Source: a virus (Duplodnaviria; Caudoviricetes). From it: a DNA stretch of 27,501 nucleotides. The stretch covers positions 1 to 27,501 of IMG/VR virus record IMGVR_UViG_3300049042_000403. One strand, written 5' to 3'. Of the stretch, positions 17,113 through 23,690 are shown one piece after another (position 1 is the stretch's first letter; every line of letters begins with the position of its first letter). The notes beneath the pieces are model-generated. The model had not been told where the DNA came from and searched no databases. It saw only the letters and a program-made list of their open reading frames with translations. The translations under genes were made by a program, and so were the position numbers.

Positions 17113-17469
17113 TTACGACAGCTCGGCGTCGTATTGCGTGGCGCTGATTTCGATCGTTCGGAAGTTGTCGCTGCTCAAAGTCTCGGTCACGGAATCGATG
17201 AGGATCGTGCCGTTGAGTTGGCCTGCGGCGGTGTTTGCAACAACCAACTCATCCCCGACGGCGGGAGCAGATGAATCACTGATCCCCGAGATGGAGATAC
17301 TGGCTTTTTTGTTGAAGCGGGCGACTTGTGCGAGTTCTCCCTCGGTGTCGTAAAGCTCCACTTTGTCGCTCGAGACTTCGTAGGAGAAAGACTGAACGAG
17401 CATGTTGGCTTCGGCGGTGATTCCAAATTCGGCAGTGATGCCACCGGCGGCGTAAAATGATGCGGGCAT
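17113..17469 (-). CDS. Tail tube-like protein 2 (118 aa)
   Basis: Alternating beta pattern; paralogous to 17476..17787. Confidence 0.6.
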   Translation of the reverse strand: MPASFYAAGGITAEFGITAEANMLVQSFSYEVSSDKVELYDTEGELAQVARFNKKASISISGISDSSAPAVGDELVVANTAAGQLNGTILIDSVTETLSSDNFRTIEISATQYDAELS

Positions 17470-17475
17470 AATATT

Positions 17476-17787
17476 TTAGTTCTTGGTTGCGGTGATTTCG
17501 AATTCCGCAAATCCGTCGATGGATCGCGAGGTGGAGATCGAGTCGATCGTGTAGCTGCCAGTGACGCCTGGCATGGAGCCAAGCGCGCCGCCGACTGCTA
17601 GGCTGCCTGCATCGCCGACGCCGGAGATGGAGACCTCCGTCTTAAATTTGTTGTAGCCGACAGCGGCGATGTTGCCGGTTGGGCCTTGGAGTTCCTGCTT
17701 GGAGGATGTGTGCGAGAGCGACACCGAATTCACGATGATCGATCCAGTGGCTCCGCCGGTGATTCCGAATGTGTATGAGGCTGGCAT
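17476..17787 (-). CDS. Tail tube-like protein 1 (103 aa)
   Basis: Follows the terminator-like gene; own motif and AC-rich leader; beta-rich. Confidence 0.6.
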   Translation of the reverse strand: MPASYTFGITGGATGSIIVNSVSLSHTSSKQELQGPTGNIAAVGYNKFKTEVSISGVGDAGSLAVGGALGSMPGVTGSYTIDSISTSRSIDGFAEFEITATKN

Positions 17788-17813
17788 GGTGGTGGGTTTG
17801 TTGGTTGGTGGGT

Positions 17814-17820
17814 TGTCAAA
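17814..17820 (-). promoter_or_regulatory. TTTGACA late motif overlapping the upstream stop codon
   Basis: 26 nt before ATG 17787. Confidence 0.6.
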
Positions 17821-18220
17821 TCGGCGCGATGAGGCCGATGGTCAGGGAGGCGGTGGTGAGCCAGCGGTCGGACTCGCGGGTCTCGGAAATCTGGCTGAGC
17901 ACGGCCCCGGCGAGGGTGATCGTGCTGGGGAAGCTGGCAGCGAGCTGGTCGGCGGCGAGGATCGCGGTGCGGAGATTGGCGGAGATGCCCGAGTGGGTCT
18001 CGAGCGCGCCTTCGACGATGCACGGCGTGGCTGCGACAATGGAGACGGCGAGCTTGTAAAGCTGCGCGGCGATCACCTCGGAGGAGTCCACGCCGACGAT
18101 GAGGACGGGCTGGTCGTTTGCGATCGGGTCGCTGCTTTGGCCGGTGTGGACGGGGATGCCGTCAAAGGCGGGCTGGCTGCGGAGCCAGCCAGCGAGGGAG
18201 GTTTCGACTTCTAAATTCAT
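17816..18220 (-). CDS. Putative tail terminator protein
   Basis: 134 aa; synteny and alpha/beta pattern. Confidence 0.55.
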   Translation of the reverse strand: MNLEVETSLAGWLRSQPAFDGIPVHTGQSSDPIANDQPVLIVGVDSSEVIAAQLYKLAVSIVAATPCIVEGALETHSGISANLRTAILAADQLAASFPSTITLAGAVLSQISETRESDRWLTTASLTIGLIAPI

Positions 18221-18543
18221 TGGCCACCTCCGGCGGGTGAGACGGTGCAGGTGAACTCGGCGGGGTTGTTGAGCGATTCGCCGACTTGCTGGACGAGGTA
18301 GGACCGGCCGTGGAAATGGATGCTCTCGCCACGGCGTGGGGCGCTCTCGAGGTCGCTGGCTTGAAATCTGACCGTGAACTCGCCGCCTTGGCGGAGGCCG
18401 CCGCTCTCGAGATCAAAGGAGACGGCGACGGGGGAGATGCAGGCTTTCAAATCCTGCGCGCGGAATTTTACCGGAATGCCGAGGAGCGAATTGCGCGCGG
18501 AGGCGGCGAGGGTTTCGAGGCGGGATTTTTGCTCAGGCGACAC
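18217..18543 (-). CDS. Putative head-closure / head-tail joining protein (gpFII-like)
   Basis: 108 aa, PRRGESIHFHGRSYLVQQV motif; synteny. Confidence 0.65.
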   Translation of the reverse strand: MSPEQKSRLETLAASARNSLLGIPVKFRAQDLKACISPVAVSFDLESGGLRQGGEFTVRFQASDLESAPRRGESIHFHGRSYLVQQVGESLNNPAEFTCTVSPAGGGQ

Positions 18544-18556
18544 GCTTCTCGCTGCG

Positions 18557-18563
18557 TGTCAAA
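18557..18563 (-). promoter_or_regulatory. TTTGACA late motif, 13 nt before GTG 18543
   Basis: TTTGACA-N13-GTG; shares its T-run with the terminator. Confidence 0.65.
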
Positions 18564-18607
18564 AAGCAGAACGCCCCGCCGGGAGTGAGAACCGGCGAGG
18601 CGTTTGC
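18561..18607 (-). terminator. Intrinsic terminator after the capsid operon
   Basis: AACGCCTCGCCGG..CCGGCGGGGCGTT then CTGCTTTTT. Confidence 0.75.
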
Positions 18608-18639
18608 GGGCTGGCGCGGGGAATCGCGCGGGTAGCGGG

Positions 18640-18882
18640 TTATTTCTTTTTTGGCTTTGGGGACTCTTCTTCCGGCTCGGTGGCGACGACGGGGGCGCTG
18701 GCTTTTTTGGCGTGGCGCTTGAGCGTGTCACCGAGGCTGACGACGAGGGTTTCGTCGGCAGTGAACTCGCCGGCGACTTGCTTGGCTTTGAAGTCGGCGA
18801 GTTGCTCGGCGAGTGGGACGCTCGGCAGGTGCGTGACCTGCCAAGCGTTGCCGATTCGGTTCAGTGTGAGGCCGAGGCGCAT
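18640..18882 (-). CDS. Small protein downstream of the major capsid gene
   Basis: 80 aa with charged C-terminus. Confidence 0.65.
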   Translation of the reverse strand: MRLGLTLNRIGNAWQVTHLPSVPLAEQLADFKAKQVAGEFTADETLVVSLGDTLKRHAKKASAPVVATEPEEESPKPKKK

Positions 18883-18887
18883 CAGGC

Positions 18888-19793
18888 TTAGGCGCTGACG
18901 ATACGCTTGAGGGCGGCGGCGTGGCCGAGGGCGTAGCCGTAGTTGACCTCGATGACACTCTTCTCAGTGTCGGTGTCGGGATCGCCCCATGAGCGGTATT
19001 CGATGGTGAGGCCGGTTTCGGGATCGGTGGCCTTCTCGTAAGCGTTGAGCTTTTGGAGCACGGCTGGAGCGGGTTGGATTGGCGAGAAGGCGACCAAGAT
19101 CGCTTCAGGCAGCGCGACCATACCGACGAGGTTTTGGCTGTTTCCGGGGATAAGGTTTGTGCCGACGACATTGAAACCAGCGATCTGCGGGAGCTGGCCC
19201 TGTTGGATCGCAGAGGAGCTGCCGACTGCGGAGGCGTTTTTGATCGACGCGTCTTTAAGGAGTGCGCCCTCGTATGTGTTGTCGAGGATGATTGTGCGGC
19301 TGGTGCGGGACCACTTGGCTTGGTCAAGCGCGGTCTTGATGGTGATCAAGTCATCGCTGTCGAACGCGGAGGCGGCTCCGGTGTGGATTGGCGCACCGTA
19401 GTTCGCGAGGGTGACGATGCTGAGGATGTCGCGGAGGATGTCTTCGGCGAGCTTGCGGCCTTTGAGGAAACCGAGTTGCTCGGGATCAAAATAAGGCTGG
19501 CGAGCGAGTTCTGCGCTGGTGAAAGAGAGCGGCTGATATTTACGCTTATTGATCGTGACCTCGCGGCTGTTGATGGCGTTCGTATCGCCGAAAGAATAAG
19601 TGCCGTTGAAGTCGCTCGTCGCGTCAGTGGCGAGAGGGAAAAAAGGCACTGCGACTTTGTCGGTGCCTTGCAGCGGCACATCATTGAAGACGCGGCTGAA
19701 GGAGTTGATCGGGAGAAGCGATTCACGCAGTGCGACGAGCGCGCTGTCGAGGACGACATTCAGTTTGAGTTCGGAGCTGATGGTTGTGGCCAT
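18888..19793 (-). CDS. Major capsid protein (HK97 fold)
   Basis: 301 aa after protease/scaffold; QGTDKVAVP, GQLPQIAGFNVV, VNYGY motifs. Confidence 0.88.
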   Translation of the reverse strand: MATTISSELKLNVVLDSALVALRESLLPINSFSRVFNDVPLQGTDKVAVPFFPLATDATSDFNGTYSFGDTNAINSREVTINKRKYQPLSFTSAELARQPYFDPEQLGFLKGRKLAEDILRDILSIVTLANYGAPIHTGAASAFDSDDLITIKTALDQAKWSRTSRTIILDNTYEGALLKDASIKNASAVGSSSAIQQGQLPQIAGFNVVGTNLIPGNSQNLVGMVALPEAILVAFSPIQPAPAVLQKLNAYEKATDPETGLTIEYRSWGDPDTDTEKSVIEVNYGYALGHAAALKRIVSA

Positions 19794-19844
19794 TTGAGTG
19801 GGTGGTTTGGTGGGTTAGGTTTTGGGTTTCGTGGATTAGTCGGG

Positions 19845-19851
19845 TGTCAAA
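19845..19851 (-). promoter_or_regulatory. TTTGACA late motif overlapping the protease stop codon
   Basis: TTTGACA-N14-GAAACCC then an AC-rich leader to the capsid ATG. Confidence 0.6.
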
Positions 19852-20380
19852 TCGCAGAGGTCTTCGCGTGGGCTTCGAGGGCTTTGCGGTTCGCGCGGAA
19901 AATGCGGGTCTTCTCGGCTCCGGTGGCGTTTTTCCACTGGTCGTAGATGCTCGCGGTGTTCGCGCTCTGATCGATTTCGGGAACGACGCGGGCGGCGGAG
20001 AGACCGAAGGAGCGTTGCAACCGGCCGAGGTCTTCGCGGTCTTGAGCGAGTTCGCTGCGGAGGGTTTCGACTTCGCTGTTGAGGGCTTCAAATTTCGCGC
20101 GGTAGGCGCTGGCTTCAGCGAGGGCGGCGTCGCGTTCGGCGATTGCGCCGTTGAATTTGGCGAGGATCGAGTCAGCGGCGGAGATTTTGGCTTGAGGCTC
20201 AACGACCTCGGCGGGTTGCTCGGCGGCTGGGGCTTCGGGGGCTTCCTCGGCGGCGGGAGTTTCGACGACTTCGGGCGCGGAGACTTCGGCGTTTTCGCTG
20301 ATGACGGTGGCCTCGACGGGCGCTTGAGCTTCGGGAGCCTCGGCGATCTCGGGCGTTTCGGTGACAGGGTTTTCAGTCAT
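19847..20380 (-). CDS. Nested in-frame scaffold protein (lambda Nu3-like, 177 aa)
   Basis: In-frame ATG (MTENPV) at the domain boundary, 14 nt after TTTGACA; Glu/Ala/Pro linker plus coiled coil. Confidence 0.65.
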   Translation of the reverse strand: MTENPVTETPEIAEAPEAQAPVEATVISENAEVSAPEVVETPAAEEAPEAPAAEQPAEVVEPQAKISAADSILAKFNGAIAERDAALAEASAYRAKFEALNSEVETLRSELAQDREDLGRLQRSFGLSAARVVPEIDQSANTASIYDQWKNATGAEKTRIFRANRKALEAHAKTSAI

Positions 20381-20974
20381 GCCCTTGGCGAATTTGTCAA
20401 ACCGAGCGCGAAGACTTTCCGGCGTGGCGGTGGCTGCGGCGGCGACGCCTTCCTCGATGGCGTCGGCGAATCCGAGGGCCACGGCTTCGACGGCATCGAG
20501 CCAGGTCTCGGCATCCATCATCTCGGCTACCTGCGCCTGCTCCATGCCGGTTTTGCGGACATAGGCGTTGACGAGGGTGGACTTGAGCTTGTCGAGGAGG
20601 TCGGCTTCTTTGCGGAGCTGGTCGCTGTCGCCTGCGCTAACGGTCCACGGATTGTGGATCATGAGGAGCGCGTTGTCGGCGATATAGACCGGGTTGCCCG
20701 ACATGGCGATGACGCTGGCCATCGAGGCGGCGAGCGCGTCGATGTGGACGGTCAGCCCGCCTTTGTGCCGGCGAAGGGCGTTGTAAATGGCCGTTCCCTC
20801 AACCACGGACCCACCGGGCGAGTTGATGCGGAGGTGAATGTGTTGGCCGTCGAGCTTTCCGAGGTCTGCGAGGAACTCTTTTGAGCCTGAGCCGAAAGCA
20901 CCGACTTCATCGTAGAGATGTATCGTTGCCTCGCCGTTGTCGGATTTTTCCAGTGCATAGAATTTTTTGTTCAT
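19847..20974 (-). CDS. ClpP-type prohead protease with C-terminal scaffold (375 aa)
   Basis: INSPGGSV, AASMASVI, MIHNPW, ETWLDAVEAVALGFAD; start MNKKF overlaps the portal stop. Confidence 0.92.
   Translation of the reverse strand: MNKKFYALEKSDNGEATIHLYDEVGAFGSGSKEFLADLGKLDGQHIHLRINSPGGSVVEGTAIYNALRRHKGGLTVHIDALAASMASVIAMSGNPVYIADNALLMIHNPWTVSAGDSDQLRKEADLLDKLKSTLVNAYVRKTGMEQAQVAEMMDAETWLDAVEAVALGFADAIEEGVAAAATATPESLRARFDKFAKGMTENPVTETPEIAEAPEAQAPVEATVISENAEVSAPEVVETPAAEEAPEAPAAEQPAEVVEPQAKISAADSILAKFNGAIAERDAALAEASAYRAKFEALNSEVETLRSELAQDREDLGRLQRSFGLSAARVVPEIDQSANTASIYDQWKNATGAEKTRIFRANRKALEAHAKTSAI
20395..20401 (-). promoter_or_regulatory. Intragenic TTTGACA late motif
   Basis: TTTGACA-N14-ATG inside the protease gene. 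Confidence 0.65.
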
Positions 20975-22479
20975 GGTGTTTGTTGGGTGGGTTGAGTGAC
21001 TTCGTCCGCGTCCTCGTCGTCGCTTGATTCGGCGGGCTGTTGCGCGGCGATGCCGCTGCGGATGGAGTTCGGGAAGACCTGGGCGACATCGAGGCCGAGG
21101 GCTTCGCATTTTTGTTTGCGCCGGAGGTAGGTCTCGATGACATCCGCCTCCTCTTCCTCGGCTCTCAGCCCTTGCATGTTGTAAAAGCGGGTCGGGCTGA
21201 GGTGGCCTTTGTCGAGTTGCTCGCTGAAGGCGCGGGCGTCGCGGCCGCTGTCCACCGTGATCTTTTTCGGGGCGAGCCATTCGTGCCGCCACCAATCATC
21301 GCCGGGGTATTCGAGGCGACCGGACTGCATTTCGTGCCACAACCAATATTTGTAAAAGGGGCGGCAAAACTGATCGATGACCTGCTGCTGGAGACGCTCG
21401 AGGAAATTCTGCGTGACTTCGAGGACGGCTCTTTGTTCGGTGCCAGCGAGGCCGACATTGACCATCATGGCCTCGGGCGGGAGGCCGACGGCGAAGGCGA
21501 CATCGGAGCGGAGGGCGCGCATGACGGCTTCATAGGTCTGGCCGGGGATGTCGTTCTTGAAGGCTTCGAGTTTTTCGCCGGGCTTGAGGCGAGGGAGGAG
21601 GATGCCGTTCGGGAGGTCGCTGGTTTGGAGTTCGCCGACTTCGTTGGTCGTGGATTTGAGGCCAGCGCCGAGGCCGATCTTGGCGACTTCGGTGGAGGTG
21701 ACCATGTAGCCGATTTGCGCCCCTGCTTTGTAAGCGCCCTTCACGAATCCGTTGATTTCGGAGATGTCGCGGAGGTTGGAGACGGCGGAGTGGAACCACG
21801 AAACGCCGCGCGGCTGGGCGTGGCGGCGGATGTGTCGGAAGTGGAGAATGTCTTCGGCGGGGATGCGGGTGCCGTTTTCGGCGTTGATGGTGTAGGAGAC
21901 GGGCGCGCCGAAGCGGTCCATCGTCACGCCGTCGTGGGTCATGTCGTCGGGGTTGCCGTAGCCTGCGGAGCCGCCGATGGACTCGCCACCGATGAAGCGG
22001 ACGCGGGCAGCGCCTTCTTTGGTCTTGAGAAATTGCGCGAAGAAATCGCCGTCGATGGCGACCTGTCGGAGGATGAGGCTTTGGGCGGTGTAGAAATTGA
22101 CCTGCGCGCCGGCATCGAATGCCCACGCCTCGGCGCAGTTGCGGTCCTCGAAATACTGGTCGACCTTTTTGTTCCACGCGAGATTCGAGGTTTTGGGTTG
22201 GACGACAATGCCGGTGCCTATGGCGCGCTGGGCGAGGTGCTCGACGATGTAGGTGGCCTGAGCGGCGTTGTTGTAGAGCCACCGCGAGAGGCGGAGGATT
22301 TCAAGTCGGGTGTGGGCGGTCAGCTCGCGCTTCGGATCGGTGGTCGGAACCCAGATGAGGCCGCGATTCAGCGAGGGCTGAGCGGCTTCAAAGGCGGCAG
22401 CTTTTGCGTCTGGCTTGCGCGGGCGGCCTGCTCCGGGACGGGTTCCACCCCAACTTGATTTTTTGATTTTCGACGGCAC
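20971..22479 (-). CDS. Portal protein, lambda family
   Basis: 502 aa; DGVTMDRFGAPVSY, EDILHF, QPRGVSW, LKPGE, FCRPFY motifs. Confidence 0.92.
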   Translation of the reverse strand: MPSKIKKSSWGGTRPGAGRPRKPDAKAAAFEAAQPSLNRGLIWVPTTDPKRELTAHTRLEILRLSRWLYNNAAQATYIVEHLAQRAIGTGIVVQPKTSNLAWNKKVDQYFEDRNCAEAWAFDAGAQVNFYTAQSLILRQVAIDGDFFAQFLKTKEGAARVRFIGGESIGGSAGYGNPDDMTHDGVTMDRFGAPVSYTINAENGTRIPAEDILHFRHIRRHAQPRGVSWFHSAVSNLRDISEINGFVKGAYKAGAQIGYMVTSTEVAKIGLGAGLKSTTNEVGELQTSDLPNGILLPRLKPGEKLEAFKNDIPGQTYEAVMRALRSDVAFAVGLPPEAMMVNVGLAGTEQRAVLEVTQNFLERLQQQVIDQFCRPFYKYWLWHEMQSGRLEYPGDDWWRHEWLAPKKITVDSGRDARAFSEQLDKGHLSPTRFYNMQGLRAEEEEADVIETYLRRKQKCEALGLDVAQVFPNSIRSGIAAQQPAESSDDEDADEVTQPTQQTP

Positions 22480-22492
22480 GCCGAGGCGGGCG

Positions 22493-22499
22493 TGTCAAA
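22493..22499 (-). promoter_or_regulatory. TTTGACA late motif, 13 nt before the portal GTG
   Basis: Overlaps the upstream TGA; N13-GTG. Confidence 0.65.
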
Positions 22500-22770
22500 C
22501 GAGCGTGCCGTAGCGGGAGCGGTCGGCGATGGCGAAAAGCTGGCGACCGTTCGGGCCTTCGCTTAGGAGTTCTTCGGCGGCTTGCAGGAGGAGCCACTTG
22601 GGGAACGAGATTTGTCCGGCGCTGCTGGCGCCTTCGGAGCCGAGGGATGTGATGACGACTTCCTCGGTTGCACTGGCGAATGTGGCGAGCGCGAGGGCTT
22701 CGAGTTCGGCGGTGGTCTTGGTGCGGCGGAGGAAGGCTTTAACGCCGGAGATTTTGTCGAGGTCGGTCAC
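22495..22770 (-). CDS. gpW-like head-tail adaptor
   Basis: 91 aa helix-hairpin-helix pattern immediately before a lambda-type portal. Confidence 0.55.
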   Translation of the reverse strand: MTDLDKISGVKAFLRRTKTTAELEALALATFASATEEVVITSLGSEGASSAGQISFPKWLLLQAAEELLSEGPNGRQLFAIADRSRYGTLV

Positions 22771-22783
22771 GCCTCGGCGGGCG

Positions 22784-22790
22784 TGTCAAA
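22784..22790 (-). promoter_or_regulatory. TTTGACA late motif, 13 nt before GTG 22770
   Basis: TTTGACACGCCCGCC is shared with the portal copy. Confidence 0.65.
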
Positions 22791-22798
22791 ATGATTTC

Positions 22799-22825
22799 AC
22801 CACGGAGAGCACGGAGAGCACGGAG
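22799..22825. repeat. Solo arm of the 3x9-mer repeat family
   Basis: ACCACGGAG AGCACGGAG AGCACGGAG. Confidence 0.8.
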
Positions 22826-22828
22826 GAG

Positions 22829-22870
22829 AAAAGAAAAACGCGCCCTTGATGTGCATCACCTTTGAGGGCG
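22829..22870 (-). terminator. Terminator-like hairpin after the candidate ncRNA
   Basis: CGCCCT..TGATG-CA-CATCA-AGGGCG then CGTTTTTCTTTT. Confidence 0.6.
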
Positions 22871-22895
22871 AGCGGCACGGCGCGTGTGTTTTGTT

Positions 22896-23037
22896 TTGCA
22901 GGGACGGCGCGGCCGCACCTTTTCAGACGCCGGGTTTCCAATCTTGCGGCACGCCATACGGTGGCCTCCCGAGATCGATGTGGCGGGTCGAAGCCATGCT
23001 CCACTGCCGCTCATCAGTGTCTCTCGTCTGCCTGCAA
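22896..23037 (-). ncRNA. Candidate structured non-coding RNA (family not recognised)
   Basis: Three nested perfect long-range helices plus three hairpins, with an upstream TTTGACT motif and a downstream terminator. Confidence 0.55.
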
Positions 23038-23075
23038 GGATTTGGGGGAGTCAAAAGCTACAGGCGAGAAAGATG

Positions 23076-23094
23076 CTACATTTGGCAAATGTAG
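23076..23094. promoter_or_regulatory. Perfect palindrome CTACATTTG-G-CAAATGTAG (operator candidate)
   Basis: 9-bp arms with a 1-nt spacer, about 20 nt upstream of the TTTGACT motif. Confidence 0.5.
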
Positions 23095-23146
23095 AGTCCG
23101 GCTGTTTAGATTTTGCCTTAAAACTCAAGCGTGGCTGGAAGTTTGG

Positions 23147-23335
23147 CTACAATTTCGACTCGATGTATTTTCCGCGTGACTGGTCGCCTCGGTCGCGGTC
23201 GAGCTTTTGCCAGCTCTCCGGTTGCATGGAGACTGAACGCGTGACAGCTGTCCGGCCTTTGGCGTTTTTGTTTTTGCTGCCGGTTTTGCGGCCGGCGCCT
23301 TTGCGCGGGCCGCCGTGGGTGGTGGGCTTGCTCAT
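23147..23335 (-). CDS. Ribbon-helix-helix-like regulator with GGxRxGAGRK arm
   Basis: HGGPRKGAGRK then VTRSVSM strand and two helices (SRGKYIE). Confidence 0.7.
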   Translation of the reverse strand: MSKPTTHGGPRKGAGRKTGSKNKNAKGRTAVTRSVSMQPESWQKLDRDRGDQSRGKYIESKL

Positions 23336-23481
23336 TTCGGGCGCGGGTAGTAGCCAGAGGGGGTGTCCACTTGGGTCAGCTTTGGATCCTGCTGGAGGAT
23401 GACTGCGGCCTCGCCGGGCGTGATGTCTTTGGTGACAACGGCTCGCGTGCCGATGGTTTTGAATTTGATTTCGGTTTTCAT
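23332..23481 (-). CDS. 49-aa hypothetical protein (not in ORF track)
   Basis: MKTEIKFKTIG...YYPRPK; ATGA overlaps at both ends. Confidence 0.65.
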   Translation of the reverse strand: MKTEIKFKTIGTRAVVTKDITPGEAAVILQQDPKLTQVDTPSGYYPRPK

Positions 23482-23639
23482 TTTTTCGAGCGGGTGGAGG
23501 TTTTGAGGTTTTGGGCGAGGAGGATTTCTTCGGATTTTTGGATGGCGAAGGTCAGTTCCTCAAGCGTGTTTTTGAGCTGCTTGCCGAAGATCACGAAGTA
23601 GGCGAGCGCGTTGTAGAGTTGTTTGTCGTTGGTTTTCAT
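23478..23639 (-). CDS. 53-aa hypothetical protein (not in ORF track)
   Basis: MKTNDKQLYNALAYF...TRSKK; A-rich leader; ATGA-coupled. Confidence 0.65.
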   Translation of the reverse strand: MKTNDKQLYNALAYFVIFGKQLKNTLEELTFAIQKSEEILLAQNLKTSTRSKK

Positions 23640-23653
23640 TTTTGTCGTGGGGT

Positions 23654-23680
23654 TGGTGGCGCGGGGATCGAACCCGCGCC
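23654..23680 (-). other. tRNA minihelix mimic
   Basis: GGCGCGGG-TTCGATC-CCCGCGCC-ACCA. Confidence 0.7.
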
Positions 23681-23690
23681 GGGGGGGAGG

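Noticed and set aside
20975-21295. Extended N-terminus of the protease ORF given in the ORF track (likewise the extensions to 2341, 2646, 3098, 3708 and 16795)
   Set aside because: The extensions overlap upstream genes; stop-coupled or leader-supported downstream starts fit better
12879-22458. Long plus-strand ORFs (12879..14093, 19784..20884, 21040..22458 and others)
   Set aside because: Antisense shadows of well-supported minus-strand genes, with no recognisable motifs
22930-23017. Hammerhead ribozyme (CUGAUGA ... GAAAC) within the ncRNA candidate
   Set aside because: The stem after CUGAUGA is followed by AAGAUUG rather than directly by GAAA, and no stem III/UH or stem I can be built; not a canonical hammerhead
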